Part shown: positions 44,389-54,466 of the stretch, one piece after another
Layout: every line of letters starts with the position of its first letter
Numbering within the stretch: position 1 is the first letter of the stretch
From: an uncultured Pirellulales bacterium
GTDB taxonomy: Bacteria > Planctomycetota > Phycisphaerae > Sedimentisphaerales > SM23-30
Reading direction: 5' to 3'
Assembly (NCBI GenBank): GCA_964580995.1
Contig: CAZOMV010000002.1
Span: forward strand, 38,904 to 102,903
Length of the DNA: 64,000 bases
The notes under the pieces: generated by a model
The model's input: only the letters and a program-made list of their open reading frames with translations
Databases searched by the model: none
What the model was told of the DNA's origin: nothing
Position numbers and translations under genes: made by a program

Positions 44389-44703
44389 TTATTGTGCCGG
44401 GGTCTTCTCCAGCTCAATCCCTTGATCTTCCATCTGTTTCACAAATTTGGCCGGTTCTTTCAAAAAAGGTTCCTTACAGGCCGGACAGCAGAAATACACC
44501 CGCTTGCCTTCATAATCGGCAAAATATTGTTTGTCAATCTTGCCGCCCATCACCGGGCACTCGGTCTGCGCCTTTGTCTCCGGTGCTGTTTGGGCAACCT
44601 GCGGATTTGCTGGAGTCACCGGCGGAGATTCCTTTTTTTTACAGCCGGATAACAAAAGGGTAGCCGCCAGTGCCACAACTGCTAATTTCTGTATGGTATT
44701 CAT
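44389..44703 (-). CDS. YHS/TRASH-domain lipoprotein (putative metal chaperone)
   Basis: It has a lipobox (LLLSGC) and the motif CPVMGGKIDKQYFADYEGKRVYFCCPACKEPF. Confidence 0.75.
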   Translation of the reverse strand: MNTIQKLAVVALAATLLLSGCKKKESPPVTPANPQVAQTAPETKAQTECPVMGGKIDKQYFADYEGKRVYFCCPACKEPFLKEPAKFVKQMEDQGIELEKTPAQ

Positions 44704-44762
44704 AATAGGTCTCCTAAAATAAGTTCACTATATTCTATACTCACCAGCACACCTGGTTCCAC

Positions 44763-46127
44763 TCATGATTCAGTTTTCACTCCACTCACCAGCTGACCGG
44801 TGAGCATCTCGATCTCCGCTATCTTGATCTGCCGGTCCACCCGCGCCCGCTCATATTCCAACTGAAATTCCAGCAGCATCCGCACTGCGTCTATCAAATC
44901 TAGAAATTGCCCCTCTCCCGTCGCAAATTCCTGCTGGACCACCTGCAGCGCCTGCTCCGCCTTCGGTAGCAGCCCGTTCCGGTATAAATCCATCTTCCGC
45001 TCCGCATCCCGGTACTCATAGATCGCCACCCGCAAATCCGCCCCCAGACTCTTTTCCTCCTCGGCCCGCGCTTTCACCGCTGCCTGATACGCAAAATACG
45101 CCTCCCGCTCCGCCGCCCGGTATTTCCCCACCTGAATCGGCAATGTAATCCCCGCCATCCCCTCCAGCAGGTCATTCTCACTCATGGTGCCGGGCATGGA
45201 AGACTCGCGGGTATCCCTATAGGTCACCCCCAGCATGAAATCCGGATAATAATTCTTCTTCGCCAGCTCCCGTTCCTTCCGGGTCTTTTCAATCTCCGCC
45301 TCCAGCGCCGCCAGCTCCGGATTGCTGCTTCCCAGCGCCCCCAGCAGTTGCTCCTCCGCAAACGCCGCCTCTGTCTCCGGTAACGCCTCCGGCCAGGCCA
45401 GCGGCGCCTCCACCGCCCGGTTCATCGCCGCGTTCAGCTTCCCCGCCAGCGGCCCCTGCAAATCCCGCAGCGACCGCAGCCGGTCCTCCACCCGCCCGAT
45501 ATCCACCTGAAACCGCAGCATTGCCGCCTGTGAGCCGGTCCCGCTTTCGTACTTCATCCGCGCCGCCTCCTCCAGGCCCCGCAGCAGCACCAGGTTCTCC
45601 TCCGTTACCGCCAGCGACCGCCGCAGATAATAATACTCATAGTACGCGCTCTTCACCCGATAGGCAAGGGACAGCCTTTCGCTGGCATACTCCTGCTGCG
45701 CCCGCTGTGCCTCCGCTCCCGCCGCCTCCGCCCCCAGCTCCCGCTTGCCGAACCACGGCACACCCTGCGTCAGGCTATAACTCTGCTCCGCTCCCCCCAT
45801 CCGGCTTTCAATCTCCTTATTATAGGTATAAGCAAAACCGGGATCCGGCAGCGCCAGGGCCTGCGGTGCCTTCTCCAGCGCCGCCTTCCACCGCCAGTAC
45901 GCCGCCTCCAGTCCCGGATTATGCAGCGCCGCATATTCCAGACAGGCCGATAACTCAACCGGCCCGGAAAAATCCCCCGATTCCTCTTTTTCAACAGGAC
46001 CGGCTTTGATTCCAGCCGGTGGGGAGGGATATTCATTTGGAACAGGCGATACCCCGGAAGGGGAAGTGCAGCCACCCGCTAAAACGATCAGGAAAAGAGA
46101 GAAGCAAATTGGCTCAATTCGTTTCAT
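44763..46127 (-). CDS. TolC/CusC/CzcC-family outer-membrane efflux protein
   Basis: It has a lipoprotein-like N-terminus (LAGGC) and the two-fold repeated helical OEP pattern. It is the first gene of the efflux operon. Confidence 0.85.
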   Translation of the reverse strand: MKRIEPICFSLFLIVLAGGCTSPSGVSPVPNEYPSPPAGIKAGPVEKEESGDFSGPVELSACLEYAALHNPGLEAAYWRWKAALEKAPQALALPDPGFAYTYNKEIESRMGGAEQSYSLTQGVPWFGKRELGAEAAGAEAQRAQQEYASERLSLAYRVKSAYYEYYYLRRSLAVTEENLVLLRGLEEAARMKYESGTGSQAAMLRFQVDIGRVEDRLRSLRDLQGPLAGKLNAAMNRAVEAPLAWPEALPETEAAFAEEQLLGALGSSNPELAALEAEIEKTRKERELAKKNYYPDFMLGVTYRDTRESSMPGTMSENDLLEGMAGITLPIQVGKYRAAEREAYFAYQAAVKARAEEEKSLGADLRVAIYEYRDAERKMDLYRNGLLPKAEQALQVVQQEFATGEGQFLDLIDAVRMLLEFQLEYERARVDRQIKIAEIEMLTGQLVSGVKTES

Positions 46128-46317
46128 AATTCGCAGGATTTCCAGATAGTTCCGTAATACCTATCCAAACTAGTTTCCACTTCCGGTCCATCCGAAAAAG
46201 GGATAAGACAATTTTATAAAATGCTTTACAGAATAATGGTATGCCCCATCAGGAGCGAAGTCAAGCCAATTGTTGGCCGGATTTGGGATGGCCATCGGGG
46301 TGTAAAGAATCACCTAT

Positions 46318-46408
46318 TGATGGAAACGCCACAAGTCAATATGGACTTCCAAAAACAGCTCTGGCGCCCCGATAACAAGGGGACGACGAGTTTTTGACGC
46401 TGGCGTCC
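46318..46408 (-). repeat. 91-bp dispersed intergenic element, copy 2
   Basis: It aligns with copy 1 in reverse complement. It starts 18 nt after the stop codon of the 46426 gene and lies 190 nt upstream of the efflux operon start codon. Confidence 0.9.
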
Positions 46409-46425
46409 CTATTGGAGACGGCTTG

Positions 46426-47370
46426 TTATTTTTTCGATTGGGGTTTGTTTTTTAAATGCGTATCAAACCAGTCCGTGAAAACCTTTATGTCTTCTTCGGA
46501 TGTCCAGAAAAATCCCCAGCCATGCCCCTTGCCCTTACGCACCACCAATTCGGGAAGTTGGGCACCTGCCGCCCGCGCCTTCTCGATGAAAAGTTCCGAT
46601 TGCTGAAGGGGGACCACATCATCATGATCGCCGTGAATAATCACCACCGGCGGCAGATCGGCTGTGACAAAATAGGCGGGCGATATCTCCTTGCCGTATA
46701 TTTGCCGCTGGGCGGCGGTATCGGAACGAGGTCCGAAGGCCGCTTTCAAGCTCGACAAAACATTCATACCCACAGCATCCACACCGGGAGCACCCCAGTT
46801 CAAAAAATCGGTGGGGGGAAAGAACACCGCCGCCGCCGCCACCGCACTGCTCTGGCGATCCACCGGGTCGGGAGCCTCAGCAGGCCCCCTGGCCCCCTGC
46901 GTGGCGATCATCAAGGCCAGATGTCCGCCGGAACTGGAACCGGTGATTCCCAATCGTTCCGGATCGACGCTATACGCACCGGCATTGTACCGGATGAACC
47001 GGACCGCTCGATGGAGATCTTCTACTATTTCCGGGATCGTGAACTTGGGCTGCGAACTATGCACCACGGCAAATACGGTGTACCCCTTGTCCAGGAACCG
47101 CTTAATGGAGTCATAGTGGATCGTCACCATGTTGGGGGTATCACAGCTGGAGAGCCAGCCGCCGCTCACCAGGAAGATCACCCCGCACCCGTTGGCGGCC
47201 GTGGGCTGAAATACATCCAGGGTCAAACACATGCCGAATTTCCGCCCATAAATGACATCGCGGGTACGGGTATAGCCGGAAGTACTTTGCCCATTTTCAT
47301 CCGCCGCAAAAGCGACGGAACACCCCATCAACCAGATTACCGCGAAACGAACAAAATTTTGCATTTTCAT
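46426..47370 (-). CDS. Secreted alpha/beta-hydrolase (esterase/lipase-like)
   Basis: It has a signal peptide, an oxyanion region VIFLVSGGW, a nucleophile elbow GSSSGGHLA and a catalytic His region GKGHGW. Confidence 0.8.
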   Translation of the reverse strand: MKMQNFVRFAVIWLMGCSVAFAADENGQSTSGYTRTRDVIYGRKFGMCLTLDVFQPTAANGCGVIFLVSGGWLSSCDTPNMVTIHYDSIKRFLDKGYTVFAVVHSSQPKFTIPEIVEDLHRAVRFIRYNAGAYSVDPERLGITGSSSGGHLALMIATQGARGPAEAPDPVDRQSSAVAAAAVFFPPTDFLNWGAPGVDAVGMNVLSSLKAAFGPRSDTAAQRQIYGKEISPAYFVTADLPPVVIIHGDHDDVVPLQQSELFIEKARAAGAQLPELVVRKGKGHGWGFFWTSEEDIKVFTDWFDTHLKNKPQSKK

Positions 47371-47620
47371 TTTAATACCTTTCTGTAAAAAATATCTTAC
47401 CTTATGCTGGAAACGACAACATGTTATTTCCCCTTTTTTGCTCTGTCAAACAATATCGGATACCGCCAGACCGTCAGCTCCAGCAAAAGAATGGCCGTAC
47501 CCAAAATATAAATCGGCGCCACCACCTGCGAAAACGAAATCCGCCACCCTCCGTTTTTCCCCCCACCAGTTTTTCCTGCCGCCGCTTATGCCGGAGGCCT
47601 CCATGCGATAAATCCATTTT

Positions 47621-47711
47621 TGACGGAACCGCCAAAAATCGATATTGACAGCCAAAAACAGCTCTGGCTCCCCAATAACAAGGGGTCGAAGAGCTTTTGA
47701 CGCTGGCGTCA
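47621..47711 (-). repeat. 91-bp dispersed intergenic element, copy 3
   Basis: It aligns with the other copies and lies about 250 nt upstream of the 47370 start codon. A 44-bp box shared with copy 1 lies next to it. Confidence 0.9.
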
Positions 47712-47792
47712 TTTTTAACCATTTTTTAACCGTTTCCTCACCCCTTCTTTACAATTCCCGTCTATATTCCTTATAGAGAATGGAATGACAAA

Positions 47793-48044
47793 ATGATTCA
47801 CACGGAGAAAAATATGGTGACAGATACCCACTGGCTGAATAACGAAACGGCGGCTCAACTGTGTACCCTGCACTCCATCATCCACCAGACCGCCGACCAT
47901 ATCGAAGACGGCTGCTTCCACGAGGCCGCCCGCTGCCTGGAAGACTCCCTCGAGCAACTCATCCCCCTGATCCGCAACCTCCGCGACTGCTGTGCCGTAA
48001 CGGAGTATCCCATTCAGCCACCCCACCTGTACTACCTGGTGTAA
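47793..48044 (+). CDS. Hypothetical small protein (83 aa)
   Basis: The call rests on the ORF only. Its helical-looking composition is more protein-like than the overlapping antisense ORF at 47715..48026. No motif was recognised. Confidence 0.3.
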   Translation: MIHTEKNMVTDTHWLNNETAAQLCTLHSIIHQTADHIEDGCFHEAARCLEDSLEQLIPLIRNLRDCCAVTEYPIQPPHLYYLV

Positions 48045-48309
48045 GAAAGGGCTTCATTACCTCCATGTAGGAGCACACACATACACAGAAAGGGCCTCGC
48101 TATCTGGCCACTCATTATAACCGTCTTGAGTGGCCAGGGCCATTTCTGGCCCCCAACATCCTCTTTTTGGCCAAAAATAATACAAACATATAACACATAA
48201 GCATTTACAGCTATATTTCTGCAAAACTAGAGACAAAAACCAGGCCCCGTCCGATAAAATTAAACAAAAACATGTTGAATTTCGATGATGCCATCATTAA
48301 AATTACACC

Positions 48310-49545
48310 ATGTACCTCGAAAGATCGATTACCGCCAAACTGAAAAAGCTTGCCGAATACTTCCCCGCCGTAGTTGTCACCGGTGCCCGTCAGGTTGGCA
48401 AAAGTACCCTCGTAAAGCATGTTTTTGGCCAGCAGGCCGAATATATCCTGTTTGACTCTGTTTTCGCCGCGGAAAACGTCCGCCAGGAACCCGACCTTTT
48501 CCTGCAAAACCACCGCACCCCGCTCATCCTCGATGAAATTCAATATGCCCCCGAACTGGTTTCTTCCCTCAAACGGAAAATCGACCAGAACCGCTCCCCC
48601 GGCCAGTATATCCTGACCGGCTCCCAGCAATGGGCCGTCATGAAGTCCATCTCGGAAAGCCTGGCCGGCCGGGCTGTCTTTCTCGACCTGGAAGGCTTCA
48701 GCCTCCAGGAAATAGCGAAAAATTCCTCCGACTCCTGGCTGATGAAATGGCTGGCCGATCCGCAGGATTTCATCGCCGCCCCCAAAAACCGCCTCACGCT
48801 GGACAAACCGTTTTATGAACTCCTCTGGCGCGGCTCCCTCCCCGAAGCCGCCTTCCTGCCGCTTGATATAGTCCCTGATTTCCAGGCCGGCTATTTCCGC
48901 ACCTATATCGAACGGGATGCCCGGCAATTCGCCGACCTCTCCGACTGGAACCTCTTCGGCCGGTTTGTCAAACTCGCCGCCGCGCTCACCGCCCAGGAAA
49001 TCCACTTCAGCCAACTGGGACGAGAACTGGGCCTGACCCCCCAAACGGCCCGGCGCTGGCTGAATATCCTCAAAGCCACTTTCCAGTGGTTTGAAATCCC
49101 TGCCTTTTCCTCTAATCTCATAAAAAGAGTAAGCAGCAAACCCAAAGGCTATATCGCCGACACGGCTCTGATTTGCAACGCCCAGGCGATTACCACTCCC
49201 AATGTGATCGCTGGCCACCCCCTATACGGCGCCATCTTCGAAACCGCCGTAATCGCCGAAATCCGAAAACAATGCGCCCTGCTTCCCTCGCCCATTGCCA
49301 TGTATCATTGGCGGACCTACAGAGGAGCGGAAGTGGACCTCATCCTGGAAAAAGACGGCAAATATTTTCCCATCGAAATCAAAGCCAACAGCCGGCCCGC
49401 CCGCCGTGATACCAACGGCCTTTGCGCCTTCCGCAATGCCTATCCGAAACTCGACATAGCGCCGGGCTTGATCCTTGCACCCTGCCCGGCGTTCCTGAAA
49501 GTCTCAGACTCCGACTACGCCCTCCCCTGGGACACCTGCCTCTAA
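48310..49545 (+). CDS. AAA-family ATPase with DUF4143-type C-terminal domain
   Basis: Walker A is VVTGARQVGKST and Walker B is LILDEIQ. The layout is typical of AAA_14 plus DUF4143. Confidence 0.85.
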   Translation: MYLERSITAKLKKLAEYFPAVVVTGARQVGKSTLVKHVFGQQAEYILFDSVFAAENVRQEPDLFLQNHRTPLILDEIQYAPELVSSLKRKIDQNRSPGQYILTGSQQWAVMKSISESLAGRAVFLDLEGFSLQEIAKNSSDSWLMKWLADPQDFIAAPKNRLTLDKPFYELLWRGSLPEAAFLPLDIVPDFQAGYFRTYIERDARQFADLSDWNLFGRFVKLAAALTAQEIHFSQLGRELGLTPQTARRWLNILKATFQWFEIPAFSSNLIKRVSSKPKGYIADTALICNAQAITTPNVIAGHPLYGAIFETAVIAEIRKQCALLPSPIAMYHWRTYRGAEVDLILEKDGKYFPIEIKANSRPARRDTNGLCAFRNAYPKLDIAPGLILAPCPAFLKVSDSDYALPWDTCL

Positions 49546-49560
49546 ACGGCTCACCGCCGC

Positions 49561-51363
49561 TTATTTCTGTTCCGGCCCTTTCCGCCGAATCTCCAGATAG
49601 ACATCCTCCAACTGTTTGAGATCCACGCCCGCCGGCGCTTCACTTAGCAGACACTGCCCCTTCTGCGTCTTCGGAAACGCGATCACATCCCGGATATTAT
49701 CCGTACCCGTCAGCAGCATGATCAGCCGGTCCAGACCCCAGGCGATCCCGCCATGCGGCGGAGCGCCGTACTGCAGCGCCTTCAGGAAAAATCCGAACCG
49801 CTCTTCCGCCTGCTCCCGGCTGATCCCCAGCAGATCGAATATCTTCGCCTGTAGCTCCGGCTGATGAATACGAACACTCCCGCCGGCTACCTCGTTCCCA
49901 TTTAAAATAATATCATATGCCTGCGAACGAACCTGGTGCGGATCCTGATCCAGCAGCGGGATATCCTCCGGCAGCGGCGCCGTAAACGGATGATGCAGGC
50001 TGTCCCACCGGTTCTCGTCCTTGTTGAACTCCATCAGCGGAAAATCAATCACCCACAGAAAATTATACTGATCGTCCCGCGCCAGCCCCAGCTCCGCCCC
50101 CAGCCGGCAACGCAGCGGCGCCAAGGCCTTATTCACCGTCGCCTCATCCGCCGCCACCAGCAGTATCAAATCGTTCAGCTTCGCCCCGAACCGGCCGATG
50201 ATCTCCTGCCGCTGCTCCGGCGTGAAAAACTTCGCAATGCTGCTCATCAGCTCCAGCCCCGTCCCCTTTTCATCCGCCACCACCTTCATCCACGCTAAAC
50301 CCCGTGCCCCATACTGCCCCACAAAATCCGTGAATCCCTTCTCAATATCGCTCCGCGAATATTTCTCCCCGCCGCCCGGCGCGCACAGCCCTTTCACAAT
50401 CCCCTTACTCTTGATCGCGTTCAAAAACACACCAAACTGGCACTGGGCGGCGATATCGGTAATATTCTTCAGCCGCATCTCAAATCGCGTGTCCGGCCGG
50501 TCAATTCCATAATCATCCACCGCCTGCTGATAACCCATCCGCTGCAGCGGCAGCGGGATTTCCACCCCCAGAATCTCCTTGAATACCAGTGCAAAACATT
50601 TCTCCGTCAGGTCCATAATATCATACATATCGATGAAGCTCATCTCCACGTCGATCTGCGTAAACTCCACCTGCCGGTCCGCCCGCGCATCCTCGTCCCG
50701 GAAACACCGGGCAATCTGGAAATACCGGTCCATTCCGCTCACCATCAGGATCTGCTTGAACAACTGCGGCGACTGCGGCAGCGCATAAAACGAACCGGCC
50801 GATAACCGCGAGGGTACCAGAAAATCCCGCGCCCCTTCCGGTGTGCTCTTGGCCAGAATCGGCGTCTCAATCTCATAAAAACCGTTCTCCTGGTGATACT
50901 TCCGCACCAGCGAAGTCACCCGGTTCCGCACCCGCATGATATGCTGCATCTGCGGCCGCCGCAAATCGATATACCGGTACTTCAGCCGCAGCTCCTCCCC
51001 GATCTTTTCCGTCGAATCAATCTCAAACGGCGGCGTCAGCGCCTTATTGAAAATCTCCAGCTCGCAGACCAGTATCTCAATATCCCCCGTCGGCATCTTC
51101 GGATTCTCCATCCCCGCCGCCCGGTGCCGCACCTTGCCGCGCACCCCGATCACCCACTCCGTCCGCAGCGACCGGGCCTGCTCGTGCATTTTCGGATTAT
51201 TTTCCGGATTGAACACCAACTGGGTCAGACCATTGCGGTCCCGCAGATCAATGAACACCACCCCGCCATGATCCCGGTACGACTGCACCCACCCCGCCAG
51301 CACCACTTCTCTGCCTTCGTCCTTCGCCCGCAACTCACCGCAATTGTTTGTCCGTTTCAACAT
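49561..51363 (-). CDS. aspS: Aspartate--tRNA ligase (probably non-discriminating, given GatCAB)
   Basis: It has an OB-fold N-terminus (VVLAGWVQSYRDHGGVVFIDLRDRNG) and class II motifs (FRDED, GGSVRIH, GLDRL). Confidence 0.95.
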   Translation of the reverse strand: MLKRTNNCGELRAKDEGREVVLAGWVQSYRDHGGVVFIDLRDRNGLTQLVFNPENNPKMHEQARSLRTEWVIGVRGKVRHRAAGMENPKMPTGDIEILVCELEIFNKALTPPFEIDSTEKIGEELRLKYRYIDLRRPQMQHIMRVRNRVTSLVRKYHQENGFYEIETPILAKSTPEGARDFLVPSRLSAGSFYALPQSPQLFKQILMVSGMDRYFQIARCFRDEDARADRQVEFTQIDVEMSFIDMYDIMDLTEKCFALVFKEILGVEIPLPLQRMGYQQAVDDYGIDRPDTRFEMRLKNITDIAAQCQFGVFLNAIKSKGIVKGLCAPGGGEKYSRSDIEKGFTDFVGQYGARGLAWMKVVADEKGTGLELMSSIAKFFTPEQRQEIIGRFGAKLNDLILLVAADEATVNKALAPLRCRLGAELGLARDDQYNFLWVIDFPLMEFNKDENRWDSLHHPFTAPLPEDIPLLDQDPHQVRSQAYDIILNGNEVAGGSVRIHQPELQAKIFDLLGISREQAEERFGFFLKALQYGAPPHGGIAWGLDRLIMLLTGTDNIRDVIAFPKTQKGQCLLSEAPAGVDLKQLEDVYLEIRRKGPEQK

Positions 51364-51382
51364 AAACCGTTCTGCTTTCTCA

Positions 51383-52978
51383 CTAATTTTTCTTTTCCAT
51401 CATCTCTTGTAACAAACTTCGTCCGTCAAACCGGTACTCGCCCAGCTTGCGGCCATCCAGCATCTCTATCACCGTCGGCGCCACATCCACCGTCCGCCCC
51501 GCCGGTATCACACGGCCCGGCTCGATCCCCGGCCCCGAAAACACCATCGGTACCAGCATATCCGCCGCCGCCGCACTGCCGTGCCCCCCCACATTGCTCC
51601 GGTCAAAGTCCCACCCCTCCCGGGCAAACACCAGCAAATCGCCGGCCCGGTACGAATCGAACACCTCCGCTATCTGCACCGGCAAATCCGGATATTCACT
51701 CTGCACCGTCCCCGCCAGCCACTCCGCCCCGCTCCGAAAACCACCATCCGGCTGGCCCATTCCGCGCAGCGTAACATCATAGCCCAAAGGGTCCGCCCCG
51801 TCAATAACCTCATACCGGTATTGTTTCTCACTCAAACTCTCCCCCGCCGCCCCCCGCCGCTCAATCCACCCCTTCCCCAGCCGGTTTTCCACCCAAACAC
51901 CACCCTCCCCGTCCGGATACGCCGTCAGACACACCGCCTCCTGACCCGCCAAAAACCGCGCAATCGGCCCGGCCTTTTCCTGCCCCGCCGCCGCCGACCA
52001 GTCCTCCCCGTTCCGCAGATACACCATCGCCCGCCGGAACCCCCCGTTCACCAGCACCGCGTCATACCCCCGGAAATACGCCGCCCGCTCCCCAAAACTC
52101 TCCATCCGGCCCGGCCCTTCGCTGGCCACCCGCAGCCCAAATTCCCCGCCGATCAATTCCGCAATATCAATATAGTTCTCTTTCTTACACCCAGCCATCC
52201 CATGATCCGACACCAGCACCAGATACGTCCGCTCCAGCAGCCCGCTGGCCTCCAGCGCCGCCCCAATCCGCCCGATCTGCTCATCCACATTCCGCAGCGA
52301 CCGCCGATATTCCGCCGAATCCGGACCATACCGGTGCCCCATCTCATCCATTGCCGGAAAATACGCAAATATCAGATCCGGCCACCGCCGCGCCTCCCGC
52401 GCCATCTCCCCAATCAAATAAAACCGCTCCGCCGTCAGACAGTCGATCTCCCGGATTTGCCCAAAATACCACCGTATCCCCGACGACGCCCAGTTGTCAA
52501 TCTTACGATACACTCCCCGCCGCACCGGTATCTGGATCGTCACGCTGAACTTGTCATCCAGTATCTCGTACATCGTCGGGCACCGATAATCATCATCCAC
52601 ATCCCGATACGTCTTAATCGTATTGTAATCCGCATAAAACAACCGCTTCCGGTCAAAAAACTTATTCCCCAATACCCCATGATGGCCCGGCACCTGCCCC
52701 GTCGCCAAACTCGTGCTTACTGCATAGGTAATCGACGGAACCGTCGTCACCCCATACTCCACGCTGCACCCCCGCTCCACCAGATACTTCGCAATCCCCG
52801 GCAGCTCTCCCCGCCCCAGCATCTCCCGATACACCTGCCGGTTCATCCCATCCACAAAAAACACCACCGCCGCCCGCTCCGGCACCGCCACTGTATCATT
52901 GATTAACGAGACGGGCTTTAGCCGACCACAACCGGATGCGTACAACAGAATCAAAAACCCAATATATAGTTTACGCAT
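51383..52978 (-). CDS. Alkaline-phosphatase-superfamily protein (type I phosphodiesterase/nucleotide pyrophosphatase-like)
   Basis: Metal and nucleophile motifs are VVFFVDGM, PSITYAVSTSLATG, MDEMGHRYGP, LVSDHGM and GGHG. Confidence 0.8.
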   Translation of the reverse strand: MRKLYIGFLILLYASGCGRLKPVSLINDTVAVPERAAVVFFVDGMNRQVYREMLGRGELPGIAKYLVERGCSVEYGVTTVPSITYAVSTSLATGQVPGHHGVLGNKFFDRKRLFYADYNTIKTYRDVDDDYRCPTMYEILDDKFSVTIQIPVRRGVYRKIDNWASSGIRWYFGQIREIDCLTAERFYLIGEMAREARRWPDLIFAYFPAMDEMGHRYGPDSAEYRRSLRNVDEQIGRIGAALEASGLLERTYLVLVSDHGMAGCKKENYIDIAELIGGEFGLRVASEGPGRMESFGERAAYFRGYDAVLVNGGFRRAMVYLRNGEDWSAAAGQEKAGPIARFLAGQEAVCLTAYPDGEGGVWVENRLGKGWIERRGAAGESLSEKQYRYEVIDGADPLGYDVTLRGMGQPDGGFRSGAEWLAGTVQSEYPDLPVQIAEVFDSYRAGDLLVFAREGWDFDRSNVGGHGSAAAADMLVPMVFSGPGIEPGRVIPAGRTVDVAPTVIEMLDGRKLGEYRFDGRSLLQEMMEKKN

Positions 52979-52984
52979 CGCTTT

Positions 52985-53788
52985 TTACCGGTTGAAATAT
53001 TTCAAAATCCCCTCAGCCAACACCTCCGCCACCTTCGCCCGGTAATACGCCGAATTCAACCGCTGCGCATCCGTATAATTCGTCATATACCCGCACTCCA
53101 CCAGCACCGCCGGACGACTATGCTCCACCAGCACCTTAAAATCCCCATGCTGAATCCCTCTGACCTCAAACCCATTCCGTTCAAAGACTTCGCGAATACA
53201 ATGCGCCGCCTTCCGGCTGGCATCCGACGCCTCCCGGCAGATATAAATGGTCACACCCGATATACTGCTGTTCTTCGAGGCATCCGCGTGAATCGCCACA
53301 AACAAATCCGCCCGCGACCGTTCGGCCACTGCCGCCCGCTCTTCCAGCTCAATAAACCGGTTATTCCGCCGCGTGGCCATGACATTGACCCCCTCCTGCT
53401 CCAGCTCGTTCATCGTCTTCAGCGCAATGTCCAGCACAATCTCTTTTTCCGCCATTCGCGAAACCCCATTCGCCGGTGCACCCGGATCCCTGCCCCCATG
53501 ACCCGCGTCGATCACCACCGTACCGTTCATTACCGGTTCTTCCCGCGGATTCGATGGGACGACCGGCGTAGTGGTTCCACCCCCCGTTCTGCTTTTGGTC
53601 CTGGGGATCGGGTGCTCATACCCGTTATCCACCCGCGTCACCGTCGTTTTCCCCCCGCCGCCCGGCCCCACGCATCCGGCCATACCCAATATCAGGAACG
53701 CCCAGATTGGCAGCAGGTAAAAAAAGTACGATTTTGCCCCCCTCAACCCAGTAAACACTTTTATAGTCTGTACTTTTGACATAAACAT
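52985..53788 (-). CDS. N-acetylmuramoyl-L-alanine amidase (Amidase_3)
   Basis: Motifs are VVIDAGHGGRDPGA, EKEIVLDIA, FVAIHADA and VLVECGYMTN. Confidence 0.85.
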   Translation of the reverse strand: MFMSKVQTIKVFTGLRGAKSYFFYLLPIWAFLILGMAGCVGPGGGGKTTVTRVDNGYEHPIPRTKSRTGGGTTTPVVPSNPREEPVMNGTVVIDAGHGGRDPGAPANGVSRMAEKEIVLDIALKTMNELEQEGVNVMATRRNNRFIELEERAAVAERSRADLFVAIHADASKNSSISGVTIYICREASDASRKAAHCIREVFERNGFEVRGIQHGDFKVLVEHSRPAVLVECGYMTNYTDAQRLNSAYYRAKVAEVLAEGILKYFNR

Positions 53789-53928
53789 CGCTACTTCTTA
53801 TCGGATTATCCCCCGCTTATAAAGGGAAAAATACCTATTTTACCCCATAAATACTGCCGCCCCGATCTGGACCTTCCAAACCGACCCTATATCTCCCTCA
53901 TCAATTCGCTCAGACTCCCCTCTCCAGT

Positions 53929-54228
53929 TTAATACAGCGGAAAACCAAAATCATCGCCCACCCCCGACAGCACGGATTGGCTATATCCTTCCACCGTGAC
54001 CGATTTGGTATCCTCGTCAATAAACAGGCACAAACCATGAATCGAACAATGATCGTACTTCATGCCTTTCCCTTCCACCTTCCCCTGCGACCGGTACCCC
54101 TTGTCCCGCGCAAATTTCTTGGCATTGTGCAGGTGGATACTGTCAATCCGATGCTCGCCCTCCCCCAGCTTCTGATTTAACGTCGCCACCCGCCACACCA
54201 TACTATACTTCTTTCCCGATCTGTCCAT
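53929..54228 (-). CDS. Hypothetical protein (99 aa)
   Basis: The call rests on the ORF only, and no motif was recognised. Confidence 0.4.
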   Translation of the reverse strand: MDRSGKKYSMVWRVATLNQKLGEGEHRIDSIHLHNAKKFARDKGYRSQGKVEGKGMKYDHCSIHGLCLFIDEDTKSVTVEGYSQSVLSGVGDDFGFPLY

Positions 54229-54466
54229 AAGACCATCCTTTCCCAGTGCTGCTGGTTTATTCCGTATCGAACGTAACTACCGGACCGATGGGCCGGTTTG
54301 GATCCTGGCTGATGGGCAATTGCTTGAGCGATTCAAGAAAAATACGTGAACTTAGATGCTTTCCCTCTATCATAAGACGTTCAAACGGAAATTGCAACAA
54401 AATATTTCAGCACGGGCACAGGGAATGCCCCCTCGTTTGCGGACAAGAACAGAATGAAAGGACCGG

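Noticed and set aside
44355-44390. A TTCGAATCC string resembling a tRNA T-loop. A similar GGTTCGAAT string lies near 34900 on the minus strand.
   Set aside because: No complementary T-stem, acceptor stem or anticodon arm could be drawn around either site.
47715-48026. A 103-aa minus-strand ORF overlapping the 47793..48044 plus-strand ORF.
   Set aside because: Its Gly/Val/Ala-rich composition is shadow-like and no motif was recognised. The plus-strand ORF looks marginally more protein-like, but both remain uncertain.
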